This document shows positions 62,620-64,000 of a stretch of DNA of 64,000 bases, piece by piece. The notes below the pieces were generated by a model. The model searched no databases, was not told the DNA's origin, and saw nothing but the letters and a program-made list of their open reading frames with translations. Each line of letters begins with the position of its first letter. Position 1 is the stretch's first letter. The position numbers and the translations under genes are program-made. This DNA is from Pavona decussata (lineage: Eukaryota), in NCBI GenBank assembly GCA_977016875.1, contig CDRNST010000195.1:3224001-3288000 (forward strand). The letters are read 5' to 3'.

Positions 62620-62920
62620 CAATCCTTTGAATTAAATGAGCAGCCAATCCTTGGTGTTTCTGAGACCATGTTTGTGGGTGTCTTTTTAGACGACAATTTG
62701 ACCTGGAAATCTCATCAGATCTCTAGCAGCAAATAAATTATCCAAATCTAAAGGTATTTTTCATAAATCTATTTTGTACTCTGTAGAATTCTATGATCCT
62801 TCCATATTTATATCACTGCAATTAAGGCTGGAGTGTTACCTATAAGTCAAACCTTCAAAGAATTATAATCTTACAGAAACGTGCGTTGTTCTACCTAGGT
62901 TGCCCATACGAGCCATATTT
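62620..62920 (+). mobile_element. LINE (CR1/L2-like) RT C-terminal remnant
   Basis: FVGVFLDDNLTWKSH...LQRIIILQKRA, the (F)LGV.LD..L.W..H motif. Confidence 0.7.
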
Positions 62921-63199
62921 TTAAATGAACTTATTAAACTCTTAAAATTTCTTCTTTTGAAGGCTGTAATTTAATTAACTTAACTAAATTACTTAATGTC
63001 TATGTGTTCGTGTGTTTTGTCTGCGTCCATAAGTCCATATTGTTATTCTTGTATTAGACTAGACTAGTTATTTTACTTGTTACAAGCCTCTTGGTGTCTT
63101 TTCAGGTTTTCACGCCATTTTTATTCATGTTTTCCGTCTTGTACTCTAAATTGTTGTCTATATGGCAAAACAAATATTGTATTGTATTGCATTGCTGTT

Positions 63200-63477
63200 C
63201 TGTTATTTCTTTTGTCAGTGAATGGCCTCGTCGCGCACGAATATTGCCCAACAGACGACTTCCCACCCACCTCCTGGCTAACGGGCTGATGTTGTGCAAA
63301 GAAATCCGACAGGCTCTTCCAGGCATCCTCGTCCGGAAAAGCGTCCTCCCTCAGGCCCAACACCCGTAGGCTGCGCAGTCCAAAGGGATCATCTGCGGCT
63401 GATGTTTCCGTGTCCAGGGGAGTATCTGCGAACACAAGGAACCATGAACGCGTTAACAAGATGAATGGCATTACCAC
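63200..63477 (-). CDS. GC-rich possible exon/ORF of unknown function
   Basis: Stop-free GC-rich segment on the same strand as 61676-62389; no homology recognised. Confidence 0.3.
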
Positions 63478-63739
63478 AAATTAAGTCTTGAAGACAGGAG
63501 AGAATTGAACATTCAAGTTCATTTCTTCGTTCCGGAGACGGTGTGAAACAAAAACAAAACAAAACAAACAAAAAAATAAAACAAAAAAAAAGGTAGGAAG
63601 TACAAAAAAAAAATAAACAAATAAATAAATTGATAAATTGAATTAAAACAAAAACGAAAAAAAAAAATAGACCAAAAATGGCGGATTTTTGGACTTTCAG
63701 TTACATTTTCATATCATTTGGATTTTCGTTTCTACATTG

Positions 63740-63860
63740 TACAGCGCCTTCACTTTTCGATCATCATAGTTTTCTATGTAGTTCACTTTTTGGTAAAATC
63801 TTAGATGGCCAAGAGCATAAACTACACCACTTGCTTCCCCCAAGACAAACCCCTAACTAC
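63740..63860 (+). mobile_element. LINE 3' end remnant
   Basis: LFGKIL...HKLHHLLPP...YNFR resembles the conserved C-terminus of CR1/L2-group ORF2. Confidence 0.55.
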
Positions 63861-64000
63861 AACTTTAGGGAAAGCTGAACGTTTGATCCTAGTTATAGAT
63901 CTATCCTGCTCCGGGCGCCTCGCAAGAGGCAAGAGTTAACTACATCAGCACTGAAACAGGCTTAGATTGGCGAACTGAAACTAACAACTGAAACAAAAAT

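Overview
AT-rich, repeat-dense eukaryotic DNA, most consistent with a cnidarian (probably a stony coral) judging by the SINE/MITE families; no ordinary host gene is recognisable. Bases 1-35 kb are mostly decayed transposons: piggyBac, Sola2-like with a vertnin/OTU-like piece, DIRS-like gag, an ISL2EU-like element with intact ends, Kolobok-like, BEL/Pao, MULE/SWIM and Penelope-like fragments. The main feature is 26-58 kb, which holds at least eight co-oriented (all minus-strand) tyrosine-recombinase (YR) genes or fragments from two unrelated families. Family A is intronless and about 1,000 aa, with two C2H2-like fingers, a core-binding domain, an R-K-HxxR-H-Y catalytic domain and a Myb/SANT-like tail. 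Family B is a multi-exon spliced YR with PPSR / HYKT / NxxR / H / Y motifs. Family-A units carry unit-specific ~16-bp motifs as dispersed direct copies plus one inverted copy next to a shared GAACnTAA-(TTAGGG)n junction. I infer a family of YR DNA elements that integrates or stacks at telomere-like TTAGGG tracts. Every YR copy here is disrupted or truncated, and all family assignments are by motif recognition only, with no database search.
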